A DNA stretch of 64,000 nt from Eledone cirrhosa (Eukaryota): positions 22,878,001 to 22,942,000 of the forward strand of contig OZ024758.1 of NCBI GenBank assembly GCA_964016885.1. Direction: 5' to 3'. Numbering within the stretch: position 1 is the first letter of the stretch; the number at the start of each line of letters is the position of its first letter. Position numbers and translations under genes: made by a program. This document shows positions 38,551 to 52,486 of this stretch, piece by piece. A model generated the notes under the pieces. That model saw only the letters and a program-made list of their open reading frames with translations. It did not search any database and was not told the origin of the DNA.

Positions 38551-38653
38551 CCGTATACATACAGACACACACATATATATACACACACACACATAAGCAC
38601 ATATATATATATACAAATACACGCATACACATATATCTATGTACCGCATATAT

Positions 38654-38685
<32 letters not shown>

Positions 38686-38687
38686 GT

Positions 38688-38730
<43 letters not shown>

Positions 38731-38754
38731 ACATACACACACACACACATACAT

Positions 38755-38785
<31 letters not shown>

Positions 38786-38797
38786 CATATATATACT
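36660..38797. repeat. Compound (TG/TA/CA) microsatellite block with higher-order duplications
   Basis: GTAGAAACAGTTAAAAAGAATAGATAAAGAATAGACATTTCTCTC repeats at ~36845 and 37048. Long degenerate (TG)n, then (CA)n with repeated CCGTATACATAC units. Confidence 0.9.
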
Positions 38798-39790
38798 AGC
38801 ATAATTGTTTCTACTTTTGGCACAAGGCCAGCAATTATCCCAGTGTATTACTGGTACTTTATTTTATCGACCCCCCCCCCCCGTAAGGATGAAAGGCAAA
38901 GTTAACCTCGGCGGGATTTGAACTCAGACCATAAAGGGCCGTAACTCTTTGCTGCACAGCATGGCGGCCGACCCTACTAGCATAATACTCATCAAAATTG
39001 ACGAGTATTATCCTATAATGGCGGTGGATTGGCAGTATCGGTAGAGGGTCGGACGCCATGCTTTGATGCATAGAGTTACGGCCCTTGCTATTCTGAGTTC
39101 AAATCCCGCCGAGGTTAACTTTGCCTTTCATCCTTACGGGGTCGATAAAATAAAGTACCAGTAATGTACTGGGTAATTTCTGGCCTTGTGCCAATAGTAG
39201 AAACAATTATCCTATAATTCTATTTAGGGATTGTAGGTTCACCAGAGTTCACTCGATGTGTAGTTTCCAGTAGGTACAATGGTGTACTAAGCAGAGTCCT
39301 TTGTATATATATATATAAAACACACGAGAAAGAAGAATACTGCGTGGTTGCACATGGGTTACATATTATAAAATTAGTCCCTCGTCAGTAATTTGCCAAC
39401 CATCATTGGTATTTCATATATATATATAATATAAGATCAAAAGATGGTTAAAAGAGTTCCAAGTATTTTATTATGCGCATTTCAAAAACAAATATCATCA
39501 TGGGATGATATCTGCATTCTCATCAGATAAAATAGGGATACATGATATGAAGCTTAAAAAACACTTGTGAATAGTGAAGTTTTAAATCAACATATGAAAA
39601 ATAAATTAAGATTAATGTATGAGATTGGGAAAAAGGGAGGGGGGGGGTGAAAAGGGTAAGGAAGAGGAAGAGATGAGAGTAAAGAATGGTGGTGGTGGTG
39701 GTGGGGGGGGGAGTATAAGAAGGAAGGATGAGAGAGGAGGAGAGATGGGTGATTGCATTGCTTTATTGTGCTACAATAAAACTCACCTCC

Positions 39791-39845
<55 letters not shown>

Positions 39846-39888
39846 GATATTAAATAAATGGAAACTATATTTATAAAACCATATTTAT

Positions 39889-39948
39889 TTCATTATACAT
39901 ATTTCAGGGATACCATATTAAAAATATGGCATGCCTTCGTCAGATAAA
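39889..39948 (-). ncRNA. Type-I hammerhead ribozyme motif
   Basis: TTTAT-CTGACGA-[AGGCATGCCATATT..AATATGGTATCCCT]-GAAA-TATGTA-TA-ATGAA. Confidence 0.85.
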
Positions 39949-40128
39949 ATACAATATATAAACAGTTTTATAAATAATTTTGACGTACCCTATTATAAGC
40001 GACCATTATATTAGGAAGCTGTCTGGATTTGTTTAATATCGTATATCTACTCCAAAAACTTGTCGAGTGCTTTATATCAGTTATAAAATATTTACTTGTT
40101 GTAACCCAACAATTTTAAATAAAACTTT

Positions 40129-40179
<51 letters not shown>

Positions 40180-40507
40180 GTGTGTGTAGATAAATCTACC
40201 AAAAATATACGGTAGTGTCCAATCCGTATGAAGAACTCAATGTAATCCAAATATCATGAAAAGAGAAGATGTATTCAAAAATTTTTCGATGAAAATCACA
40301 GGAAAACAGAGTCAAGATAAATTAATAAAAAGAATGAATAAAAACAAAGAACAAGTTCCTTATATTAAAAAATTCATCATTTTACGATCGTTTCTAGGAT
40401 ATATATGTGTGTTGGTATGTATATCATATAGATCTATGTAAAGATTTTACAAACTATCAGAGGAAATATACATACCTTCACATATATATACTGTCTTCAG
40501 AAATAAT

Positions 40508-40910
40508 TTTTTCTATTTTAGGCACAAGGCCAGCAATTATCCCAGTGCATTACTGGTACTTTATTTTATCGACCCCGTAAGGATGAAAGGCAAAGTTAAC
40601 CTCGGGCAGAAATAATTGTTTCTACTTTAGGCACAAGGCCAGCAATTACCCAGTGTATTACTGGTACTTTATTTTATCGACCCCGTAAGGATGAAAGGCA
40701 AAGTTAACCTCGGCGGGATTTGAACTCAGATCGTACAGAAATAATTGTTTCTACTTTTGGCACAAGGCCAGCAATTAAGCAGTGTATTACTGGTACTTTA
40801 TTTTATCGACCCCGTAAGGATGAAAGGCAAAGTTAACCTCGGCGGGATTTGAACTCAGAATGGCAAGGGCCGTAACTCTATGCGTCAAAGCATGGCGTCC
40901 GACCCTCTAT
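40508..40910 (-). mobile_element. Three tandem 5'-truncated OK-like SINEs
   Basis: Each copy is preceded by CAGAAATAAT (40498, 40607, 40736), which recurs at 40911. Lengths increase left to right. Confidence 0.9.
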
Positions 40911-40918
40911 ACAGAAAT

Positions 40919-41463
40919 AATGATATTTGTTTATTGAAAAAAACCAACAAAGATTTAATATAATAGGTCTGTTTGGGAACAGGTTTTGAATTGACCAATA
41001 GAAAAGTACTAAGAGGTTAAGTTGATAGAATAGTAGTAGTAGAAATTTAATTTAGGGGTAGAGGAATACAGACTTATGTTTTGAATGGAAAGAATACTTT
41101 GAATTAAAAGAATACTTTGGGGTTGAAAAGAGGTCAAGCCGGTGAAAGGTACACGAAATTTTGATGTTATTAAAGAATAATACTTGTTTCTACGTTAGGC
41201 ACAATGCCAGCAATCAACCAGTGCATTACTGGTACTTTATTTTATCGAATATTTTACTTTATTAAAGAATAATACTAATGTCAAAGTATTCTTCCCATTC
41301 AAACTTAAGTTTGCACTCCTCTACCCCTAAATTAAATTTCTACTACTACTATTCTATCAACTTGACCTCTTAGTACTTTTCTATTGGTCAATTCAAAACC
41401 TGTTCCCAAAAAGACCTATTATAGTAAATCTTTGTTGGTTTTTTTCAATAAACAAATATCATT
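40919..41463. repeat. Imperfect inverted repeat, ~185-bp arms
   Basis: 40919-41102 vs 41281-41463, with a SINE fragment in the spacer. Confidence 0.9.
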
Positions 41464-42020
41464 GTGGATTGGCAGTAACGGTAGAGGGTCGGACGCCATG
41501 TTAGGGTGGTGGATTGGCAGTAACGGTGGAGGGTCAGACACCATGTTAGGGTGGTGGATTGGCAGTATCGGTAGAGGATCAGACACCATGTTAGGGTGGT
41601 GGATTGGCAGTAACGGTGGAGGGTCAGACACCATGTTAGGGTGGTGGATTGGCAGTAACGGTGGAGGGTCAGACGCCATGTTAGGGTGGTGGATTGGCAG
41701 TAACGGTGGAGGGTCAGACGCCATGTTAGGGTGGTGGATTGGCAGTAACGGTAGAGGGTCAGACGCCATGTTAGGGTGGTGGATTGGCAGTAACGGTGGA
41801 GGGTCAGACGCCATGTTAGGGTGGTGGATTGGCAGTATCGGTAGAGGGTCAGACGCAATGTTAGGGTGGTGGATTGGCAGTAACGGTGGAGGGTCAGACG
41901 CCATGTTAGGGTGGTGGATTGGCAGTATCGGTAGAGGGTCAGACGCCATGCTATCCAGCATAGTTACGTCCCTTTACGATCTGAGTTCAAATCCCTCCGA
42001 GGAACACTTTGCCTTTCATC
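41464..42020 (+). mobile_element. Second SINE with ~11 tandem 45-bp heads (3' truncated)
   Basis: Same unit boundaries as 31836-32515, with locus-specific variants (AACGGTGGAGGGTCAGA). Confidence 0.95.
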
Positions 42021-42125
42021 TGTGTATGTGTGTGTGTCTGTGTGTGTGCATGCGCGTGCGTCGGCATGTTATCTTGTCTGTGTGTGTGTCTGTGTGTGTG
42101 TCAGTGTGTGTGTGTGCATGCGCAT

Positions 42126-42630
42126 ACTGTTGCTGTTGTTGTTGCTGTTGTTACTGCTGCTGTTGTTGCTGTTGCAGTTGTTGTTGTTGTTGCTGTTGCT
42201 GCTGTTGTTGTTGGTGATGTTGTTGTTGTTGCTGTTGCTGCTGCCGATGTTGTTGCTGTTGTTGTTGTTGCTGTTACTGCTGCCGATGTTGTTGATGTTG
42301 TTGTTGGTGTTGTTGTTGTTGTTGCTGTTGTTGCTGTTGTTGTTGGTTGTTGTTGTTGTTGTTGTTGGTGTTGTTGTTGCTGCCGATGTTGTTGTTGTTG
42401 CTGTTGATACTGCTGCTGTTGTTGCTGTTGCAGTTGTTGTTGTTGTTGCTGTTGCTGCTGTTGTTGTTGTTGCTGCCGCCGATGTTGTTGCTGTTGTTGT
42501 TGCTGCTGTTGTTGCTGTTGCAGTTGTTGTTGTTGCTGCCGATGTTGTTGATGTTGTTGTTGTTGCTGCTGCTGCTGCCGGTGTTGTTGTTGTTGTTGTT
42601 GTTGTTGTTGCTGCTGCTGCTGCTACTGTA
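42126..42630. repeat. (GTT/GCT)n trinucleotide low-complexity tract
   Basis: Direct reading; no splice or ATG context. Confidence 0.9.
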
Positions 42631-42684
42631 TAGCACTGACTGCTATTACTGTTGCCACTGCTGCAACATACAGCTGCATGCTTG

Positions 42685-42740
<56 letters not shown>

Positions 42741-42917
42741 GCAGTGTGTGTGTGTGAGTGTGTGTGTGTGTGAGTGTGTGTGTGGCTATGTGTGTGTGTG
42801 TGTGTGAGTGTGTGTGTGGCTGTGTGTGTGTGGCTGTGTGTGTGTGTGGCTGTGTGTGTGAAAAAAAACAATGTTGTCTTTGACATATATATACATATAT
42901 ACACACATAAATGCATG

Positions 42918-43005
<88 letters not shown>

Positions 43006-43164
43006 GCAGTGTGTGTGTGTGAGTGTGTGTGTGTGTGAGTGTGTGTGGCTATGTGTGTGTGTGTGTGTGAGTGTGTGTGTGGCTGTGTGTGTGTGGCTGT
43101 GTGTGTGAAAAAAAACAATGTTGTCTTTGACATATATATACATATATACACACATAAATGCATG

Positions 43165-43268
<104 letters not shown>

Positions 43269-43333
43269 TAAATACATGGATACATGTATATATATATGTT
43301 TTTGTGTCTCTCTCTCACTCTCTTTCTCTCTCT

Positions 43334-43380
<47 letters not shown>

Positions 43381-43431
43381 CACACATATATATATATATA
43401 AGTAACTGCATGCATGTGTGTATATATATGG

Positions 43432-43618
43432 TGGCTGCCAACTCGTTTTCGAGTACGGCCACTACTTTATATCCATGTAGGAAGAACCCCTACCGATGCG
43501 CTGAACAAGTGTGACTTTTTAGTCCAGCCAGCGACTTGAAAACTCTGGTACAAACACTACACCTGTGACAATTATTGACACATAGTGCTGGGCCCATGGT
43601 ACCATGTGACGACAAGTG
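43432..43618 (-). mobile_element. RTE-like LINE 3' fragment with a C2H2-like finger
   Basis: HRCSVCTRVFKSLAGLKSH resembles the CxxCxRxFxSxxGLxSH tail of RTE ORFs. Confidence 0.6.
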
Positions 43619-44497
43619 TATACACATACATACATACATACATACATACATACATACATACATACATACATACATACATACATACATACATACATACATA
43701 AGTCTACAAATGGCTGCGATAGCTGGCACCTTCAAAATTTGCAAAACATTCTTGCGATTCAAGGGATGACAATTTCTTTTCTTTTACAACCTTGCCACCA
43801 GGAAGGTGGCCGGTCAAAAAATATACTCGAAATTAAGAGAAAGAGAAAACATACATACATACATACATATATATATACATATATATGTATGTATGTACGT
43901 GCGTATGTACATGCATGCAATGTGGTCACTGGTCTTTCTATATATAATTTGTTTCAGTAAAAAGAACTATAAAGATATCTTAACAAAACCTTATACAGCG
44001 AGTCACTCTAGATTAGATTAAACTGCCAAACGATTCAACAACAGTTATTAAGTATATACAGGAGATTTAAATCTAGGTATCTATGTATCTAACCTCCATA
44101 CACGTGACCTGCTGCGCACGCATATGCATAGAGGCACCCATTTATGTATTTAAGATTTAATCTGACGTGTGTAAATACACCTGATTAACTCGGCTAATAG
44201 AAAAACCAACAGGAATTCTAATGAATTCTTTATCTCAAGAGGAAGCGAATGAACTTCTTCAATAATTTACATTGTCCGTTATATTTTTCATTATAAACAC
44301 AAGATTTTTTTACAACAATTTTGTGATGAAACTACAAATGATACATAATCACATTTTTAAGAATTTTTAATGCATTGTACTTCGATAAGAATAAGTTTAT
44401 TTTTATTTTCATTAAACCAAAGAATAAAGTTTACGAACTAACTAAACAATATACGTAGTTTATATCTCGGACTCTTAAGTGCTGAGAATATATAATA

Positions 44498-45274
44498 TAT
44501 ATAAAGGGTGATGTGTTAATGTAAAGGATGATGTGTTAATGTAAAGGATGCTGTGTTAATATAAAGGGTGATGTGTTAATGTAAAGGATGATGTGTTAAT
44601 GTAAAGGATGCTGTGTTAATGTAAAGGATAATGTGTTAATGTAAAGGATGATGTGTTAATGTAAAGGATGATGTGTTAATATAAAGGATACTGTGTTAAT
44701 ATAAAGGATGATGTGTTAATATAAAGGATGTTGTGTTAATATAAAGGATGTTGTGTTAATATAAAGGATGCTGTGTTAATATAAAGGGTGATGTGTTAAT
44801 ATAAAGGGTGATGTGTTAATATAAAGGATGCTGTGTTAATATAAAGGATGATGTGTTAATATAAAGGATGTTGTGTTAATATAAAGGATGCTGTGTTAAT
44901 GTAAAGGATGTTGTGTTAATATAAAGGATGATGTGTTAATGTAAAGGATGCTGTGTTAATATAAAGGGTGATGTGTTAATGTAAAGGATAATGTGTTAAT
45001 GTAAAGGATGATGTGTTAATATAAAGGATACTGTGTTAATATAAAGGATGATGTGTTAATGTAAGGATAATGTGTTAATGTAAAGGATCATGTGTTAATA
45101 TAAAGGGTGATGTGTTAATGTAAAGGATGATGTGTTAATATGAAGGATGATGTGTTAATGTAAAGGATGCTGTGTTAATATGAAGGATGATGTGTTAATG
45201 TAAAGGATGCTGTGTTAATATGAAGGATGATGTGTTAATGTAAAGGATGATGTGTTAATCTAAAGGATGCTGTG
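44498..45274. repeat. 20-bp minisatellite (~39 units)
   Basis: RTAAAGGATGATGTGTTAAT repeated. Confidence 0.95.
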
Positions 45275-45588
45275 CTCATGCGCAGAGTTACTATAAAGTA
45301 ACTTATAAAATAGGGAGGGAAGACCCTTAAACGATGGGGGAAAAGTTGCCATCGGCTGCTATCTGGCAGCTATCTGAAAGATATGGGATTCATTTCCTTA
45401 TAACAGCCTCTGGCAACTTTTTTTTCTCATCTTTGAAGGGTCTTCACCATAATTTATAAGCTATTCCCATATCTTCTATATGGGGTCCAATTCCTCATAG
45501 CAGCCTATGGCAAATTTCTTTTTTTACGTTTTCTAAGGGTCTTAACCCTATTTTATAAAAGATTTTATAACATCACTGCGCATGAGCA
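45274..45588. mobile_element. MITE-like element with long imperfect terminal inverted repeats
   Basis: TGCTCATGCGCAG...TTATAAAATAGGG..AAGACCCTTA mirrored by TAAGGGTCTT..CCCTATTTTATAA...CTGCGCATGAGCA. Confidence 0.65.
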
Positions 45589-48047
45589 GTCGGAAACTAC
45601 CGATTGCATACAAGAAAAGGAATTGGGGAACAAAAAGAAGCAAATTCTAAAACTGGGCCCATTGGCAGTATTGGTAGAGGGTCAGACGCCATGCTTTGAC
45701 GTGTAGAGTTACGGCCCTTGACATTCTGAGTTCAAATCCCGCCGAGGTTAACTTTGCCTTTCATCCTTACGGGGTCGATAAAATAAAGTACCAGTAATAC
45801 ACTGGGTATGTGCCGGCCTTGTGCCTAACGTAGAAACAATTGTTACAGAACGAAGTTGAGTAAATCATCTGCAGAATATTATTGCAGTAATCCCAACCAT
45901 TTCTTATGGAGCAAAACACATGGAACCTGACAAAAGACTTATCAGCAGACCTGCCAACCTATATTTATTTATAATTTAGGCAATAGGCCAGTAATTTTGT
46001 AGAAGGGTAAAGTTGATTAAATCAATCCCAGTACTTGACTGGTATATTATTTTATCGACTGCGAAAGGTTAACAGGCAAAGTTGACCATGGCGGGATTTG
46101 AACTCAGATTATAAAAGGCCGTAACACTATGCTGTAAAGCATGATGTACGACTCTCTACTGATTCTGCCAATCCACCACCCTAATATTGCCTAAAATAAA
46201 AATAAAACACACTCACTGTCTGGTTTGGTTTGGTTTGGTTTGGTTTTTCGCGAAAAGCAGATTAGGACGACATAACCCTCCACAAATATAACATTATATA
46301 ACAGTAACAATTGTTTCTACGTTAGGCACAAGGCCAGCACATACCCAGTGCATTACTGGTACTTTATTTTAACGACCCCGTAAGGATGAAAGGCAAAGTT
46401 AACCTCGGCGGGATTTGAAATCAGAATGTCAAGCGCTGTAACTCTATACGTCAAAGCATGGCGTCTGGCCCTCTACCAATACTGCCAATCCACCACCCTT
46501 TACTGCCAATCTGAGGACATTTAACCCTTTAGCATTTACATTACTCTATATATACTATTGTATTTTTACAGAAAAGGCTTTACCTCACAATTATCTCACA
46601 TAATATTGAATCTATGAGATTTTGATATTATTTATTTTAAGAAAAATACCTTACATCAGTATGAGTGGCCAGTTACGGCCAGTTTAATCAGAAAGAGGTG
46701 AGAGAATCCTGGCCGAATACGGCCGGTTTAAATGCTAAAGGGCTAAGAGTGACTGATGCGTGGATGTAATTTATTTTTGACCACAACCATTATCAGAAAA
46801 ACACGTGATCCATACGCACAGATTTATCTTAAGTTCAGACAAGAACGACTGTAAATAGCCGGAACAAATACTACAAGGGCATTTTATCGGATGCTCTACC
46901 AATTCTGATAATTCACCGTACTCAAGATAATCTACTATATTGGTTTCTAATTTAGGCACAAGGACAACAATTTTGCGGCGAGGGGTAAGTCAATTAAATC
47001 GATACCAGTGGCATTACTGGGTCTAGTTTTATCAATCCCTTAAGGATGAAAAGCAAAGCTAACCTCGACGGAATTTGAACTCAGATCGTAAAGGGGAGTA
47101 GCCCTTTGCCACAAAGCATATTGTCTGATGCTCTACCAATTGTGCCAATCCACCATCCTAAATATAGTCTAGTATATTGGTTTCTTATATAGGCACAAGG
47201 CCAGCAATGTTTTTGTGTGTGTGTGGGGGGGGGGGTCGATTAAATCGACCCCAGTGCATTACTGGTAATTTATTTTATCGATCCCGTAAGGATGAAAGGC
47301 AAAGCTAACCTAGGCGGGATTTTAACTCAGAACGTAAAAGGTCATAACTCTACGCAGCGAAGCATTTGGTTCGACGCTCTACCGATTCTGCCAATCCGGG
47401 GTCGATAAATGATAAATGAAAATAGCAGTTAAGTACAGGGTCGCTGGCTTTGCTCTTCCCCCATATTGCTGGCCTTGTTCTAATGCGAACCTATCAATTC
47501 TCTCCTTCGGACGGGAAGATCTCCCACCCACTTTGAGGTGGATGAGAGATGACTTTTCTTATGAAAATGGGTATAGCTTTCATTATGTAAAATCCCGCCG
47601 AGGTTAACTTTGCCTTTCATCCTTACGGGGTCGATAAAATAAAGTACCAGTAATACACTGGATAATTGCTGGCCTTGTGCCTAACGTAGAAACAATTATG
47701 TAAAATCTTCTGCCTCATTTCTCCCCGTTCTGGGGCACTTTTTTTCATGGTACTCCTTGTTTGGGTTTTTAGAGGTTTGCAGGTTTGCTAATGTTAGAAA
47801 GAATTATTAGAACAATGAATGTTTGAAATAGAATCCATTCTCTACTCAAAGCTACTGCAGTAGAAAACTTAACAAATAACAAATACTCTACACATTTACA
47901 GTATATGATATGGTCCCGTAACTCCTGATAGAATGGCAGGGCTGCCGTATTGACATACGGTGTTTCTAAGGCATTTTAAAACCCTAGCGGAGCCCATCCC
48001 TCTCCAGGCTTGCATACAGCAGATTTTTTTCCAGGGAAGGATTAGAA

Positions 48048-48084
<37 letters not shown>

Positions 48085-48640
48085 GAGAAAGAGATATAGA
48101 GGAAGAATCAACCCAGTACTAGACTGATACTTTTTTTTTATCAACCTCGGAATTATGAAAGGCAATGTTGACTTCGGTGGGATTTGAACTCAAAAAGCAG
48201 AGAGCCAGAACGAATGCCATAAATATTCTATCCGACATTCCAACGACTCTGTCAATTTGCCGCCTATATACAGTATATACAGAACATTAGAATATCAGTT
48301 AAGTACAGGGTCGTTGGCTTTTCTCTTTCCCCAAATTGCTGGCCTTGTGCTAATGTTAGTCAGAATTATTAGAACAACGAGTGGTTGAAATAGTATTCAT
48401 TCTCTGCTCAAAACTACTGCAGTGAAAAACTTAAATAAATAAACTCTACACATATTGGCAGAATCGGTAGAGCGTCAGACACCATGCTTTCTAGCATAGT
48501 TACGTCCCTTTACAGTCTGAGTTCAAATCCCGCCGAGGTTAACTTTGCCTTTCATCCTTACGGGGTCGATAAAATGAAGTACCAGTAATGTACTGGGTGA
48601 TTGCTGGCCTTGTGCCTAAAGTAGAAACAATTATTAGACT

Positions 48641-49193
48641 GTCACAGACACGTGTACCACTCTAAATATATTATGTCTCGAACAGAGAGATGTTGAACTC
48701 GACCTCCAAAATATCTTGATTAGTCACAGACACGTGTACCACTCTAAATTATATTATGTCTCGAACAGAGAGATGTTGAACTCGACCTCCAAAATATCTT
48801 GAGTAGTCTCAGACAGTCACAGACACGTGTACCACTCTAAATATATTATATCTCGAACAGAGAGATGTTGAACTCGACCTCCAAAATATCTTGATCAGTC
48901 ACAGACACGTGTACCACTCTAAATATATTATGTCTCGAACAGAGAGATGTTGAACTCGACCTCCAAAATATCTTGATCAGTCACAGACACGTGTACCACT
49001 CTAAATATATTATATCTCGAACAGAGAGATGTTGAACTCGACCTCCAAAATATCTTGATCAGTCACAGACACGTGTACCACTCTAAATATATTATGTCTC
49101 GAACAGAGAGATGTTGAACTCGACCTCCAAAATATCTTGAGTAGTCTCAGACAGCCACAGACACGTGTACCACTCTAAATTATATTATATCTC
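48641..49193. repeat. ~82-bp tandem repeat (6.5 units)
   Basis: GTCACAGACACGTGTACCACTCTAAAT...CTCGAACAGAGAGATGTTGAACTCGACCTCCAAAATATCTTGA starts at 48641, 48723, 48817, 48898, 48980, 49062 and ~49154. Confidence 0.95.
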
Positions 49194-49789
49194 TGCCATG
49201 TGCACCAGACATGACAAACATGCGGCCCATAGGTTGCATGCGGCCCTTTACAAGCACACCTGCGGCCCTTTACAAGCACACCTGCGGCCCTTTACAAGCA
49301 CACCTGCGGCCCTTTACAAGCACACCTGCGGCCCTTTACAAGCACACCTGCGGCCCGCACAATGTTTTTACAGCGCCAGCATGTTTTATCTTCGTAATAT
49401 AAAATGAAATAAAAATTAGTTGTAATGTGCGCAGTTAGGTGTCGTGTGTGGCCCTCAGACAACACATATGTGACCCATGTGACCCTCTGAAGACCCTCAG
49501 TTCGACATGCCTGTTATACAGTATATATATATATATATATATATATATAGGAACGAGTAGGACCCCGACGGCTGAGCTCAAGCCGTTTCGACGGCTAATT
49601 CTGGACTAATTTAGTCCAGAATTAGCCGTCGGGGTCCTACTCGTTCCTATTACCCACTCTACTACCCTAAGTATTGAGTACTTTGGTGCGTTATGGTCCA
49701 CCTGGTTCCTTACCACATTTCCTTCGTTATATATATATATATATATATATTGTATTGTATTGTATTGTATATATATATACAATACAATA

Positions 49790-50030
49790 CAATTGCACCG
49801 GTCGCTGTTGAGACCTCAGGCGTACTTGGACCCCGTACTGCTGAGCTCCTCTGCAAGATCGGAACGTCAGCAGCCCGTCTAAGGAAGGAGTCCCGCGAGG
49901 TGGGATGGCTGTTGCAGCGGGTGTCGCTGGCCATTGTCCGCGGAAGGCAGCCCCGATACCACCACGTCCTAGTCGCAGAGCCCCCCCCCCCCCCCCCCCC
50001 CCCCTTCCCTCTCATCATTCTTCTGTGACA
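49790..50030 (+). mobile_element. RLE-type (CRE-like) retrotransposon 3' fragment
   Basis: IAPVAVETSGVLGPRTAELLCKIG...EVGWLLQRVSLAIVRG. Confidence 0.8.
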
Positions 50031-50559
50031 CTAGAGCCCTTGCCTTTCTCTTCCTTTTCCGTTTTTTATATTTTCTTATTTTACATTCCATTCTTTGTTC
50101 TCAACCTATTTTTTTCTAGTTAGCGTATTTCCCGGCGCCGGAGACGCTTCGTCCTTGAGGACGCACCCTAATTTTGACAACCAAACATTTGAAGAAAAAA
50201 ATAATTGTGTCTATTTTTGGCACAATGCCAGCAATTATCCAGTGCATTACTGGTACTTTATTTTATCGACCCCGTAAGGAATATATTTGAAGAAAAACTA
50301 ATAAACAACCTTCGGCCTCCAGGACACATGGTAGATTTTTGAGACTTATTTTAGGAAAAAGGTAGCGTCTTCGACGCCGGGAAATACGGTAAGTATAGGG
50401 CCAATCGCTTTTCTCTTCTCCCAAATTGCTGGCCTTGTGCTAATGTTAGTAAGAATTATTAGAACAATGAGTGGTTGAAACGGTATTCATTCTCTACCTA
50501 AGTTTTCTACTGCAATAGAAAACTTAACAAATAACAAACAAACTCTACACATATTATAC

Positions 50560-50595
<36 letters not shown>

Positions 50596-50629
50596 TTACA
50601 ATAATCAAAGTTCAGTTTAAGTCATTTAT

Positions 50630-50678
50630 TTGCTTACAATTGTTTCCTCCAAACCGAGGTTTGGATTCTTCGGAGCAA
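50630..50678 (-). ncRNA. Hammerhead motif with C at core position 4
   Basis: TTGCT-CCGAAGA-[ATCCAAAC CTCG GTTTGGAG]-GAAA-CAATTG-TA-AGCAA. Confidence 0.75.
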
Positions 50679-51248
50679 CTATTTACTGATCTATAACATA
50701 CTTGACCTCCTTTTCAACCTAAGAGACATATAAAACATATGCGCATATTGATCAACAGTGGGGTGACATTCATCAAATGATATAGCATGGCAATTTACAT
50801 ATACAGGTTACAGGATAAAAATAAAAATAAAAACAAAAATGAAAATAAAGATAAACATGAAGCGTTGGCAGTCTATGAAGATAAAGCAAGAGGAAAGTTT
50901 AGAGTAGTCTGTGTATGAAACAATCTCACGTGTAGCATGCACGCGTGTCTTATTTATACATGATTAGAGTGCGTCAGAATGATATTTGCAGGGTCAGGCA
51001 GTTGAAGCAGGCAATCGATCTTATTATGTGGGCTGAATTATTAAGTCATTTATTCGCATATATATATATATATATAAATCAGGAAAGAAGGTTGACATGG
51101 TTTGCTATACAAAAAAGGTTTTTAATCTCATAGCTGACAATTGTTTCTCTGAACTGGTAGGTCTAGAGATGGCTATTCGCTTATTTTCACGTTACTCCAT
51201 AACTGGACTATACCTAAGTGGACTGCATTTAACTATTATTTGTTACCC

Positions 51249-51325
<77 letters not shown>

Positions 51326-51627
51326 GTAGAATAATCGAGAATCGGAATATCAGCCCACGAAATCACGATAAACAATATCCGACATGTGTGGCAGAGGGCT
51401 CAATAATTTGGATAAATCAGAGCTATAACTATCGTTAAAATACTAACACATAGAGATCATGCCTAAAATCACCCGTGCAGCCGAAAAAGAACGACCAGGA
51501 AGATTCGGGTCACTCAAATAAAATATCAATAAATTAATAAATTAAATGAATGTAAAAAAAAAAAAATATATATATATATATTAATTCAAATATTAACCAA
51601 AATAGATATTCTTGTGATCAATTAAAT

Positions 51628-52303
51628 TTTATTATACATATTTCAGAGGTACTGAATTAAGTTCAACAGTACGTCCTCATCAGATAAAATAAAATGATAC
51701 ATGACAAACCCTGACATGGTAGATGGTTAAGATTTAATCAAGGTAGTGATTAACTTATGAGAAAACTCAATATTTATACCCTAATATTGAGAACATGAGA
51801 AAACGTAATAGAATCAATAGACAGAGTGTGAGTAATATATTTTAAGAAATACATTGCCTTAATGCAACAGTTATAGAATTTTTAATATTTAAAATACTAC
51901 TATCGATCTATTGTAGAGGAAAGTATAGAGGAAGACGTAGCTGAAGTTATAACTTATTTAGTTTTTAGCTTGAGAAGACAAATGACAGATAATTAAAGAG
52001 TGGGATACTTTCCTCTACAATAGATCGATAGTAGTATTTTAAATATTAAAAATTCTATAACTGTTGCATTAAGGCAATGTATTTCTTAAAATATATTACT
52101 CACACTCTGTCTATTGATTCTATTACGTTTTCTCATGTTCTCAATATTAGGGTATAAATATTGAGTTTTCTCATAAGTTAATCACTACCTTGATTAAATC
52201 TTAACCATCTACCATGTCAGGGTTTGTCATGTATCATTTTATTTTATCTGATGAGGACGTACTGTTGAACTTAATTCAGTACCTCTGAAATATGTATAAT
52301 AAA
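51628..52303. repeat. Inverted repeat, 299-bp arms, 78-bp spacer
   Basis: 51628-51926 vs 52005-52303, apparently identical; (TA)n nearby on both sides. Confidence 0.95.
52243..52303 (+). ncRNA. Type-I hammerhead ribozyme motif (mirror copy 51628-51688 minus)
   Basis: TTTAT-CTGATGA-[GGACGTACTG..CAGTACCTCT]-GAAA-TATGTA-TA-ATAAA. Confidence 0.9.
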
Positions 52304-52347
52304 TATATATATATATATACTGTATATATATATATATATATTATATA

Positions 52348-52486
<139 letters not shown>

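Noticed and set aside
42009-42757. Poly-Q/N, poly-L, poly-V and poly-C ORFs
   Set aside because: A trinucleotide tract between microsatellites, with no splice sites or unique coding flanks.
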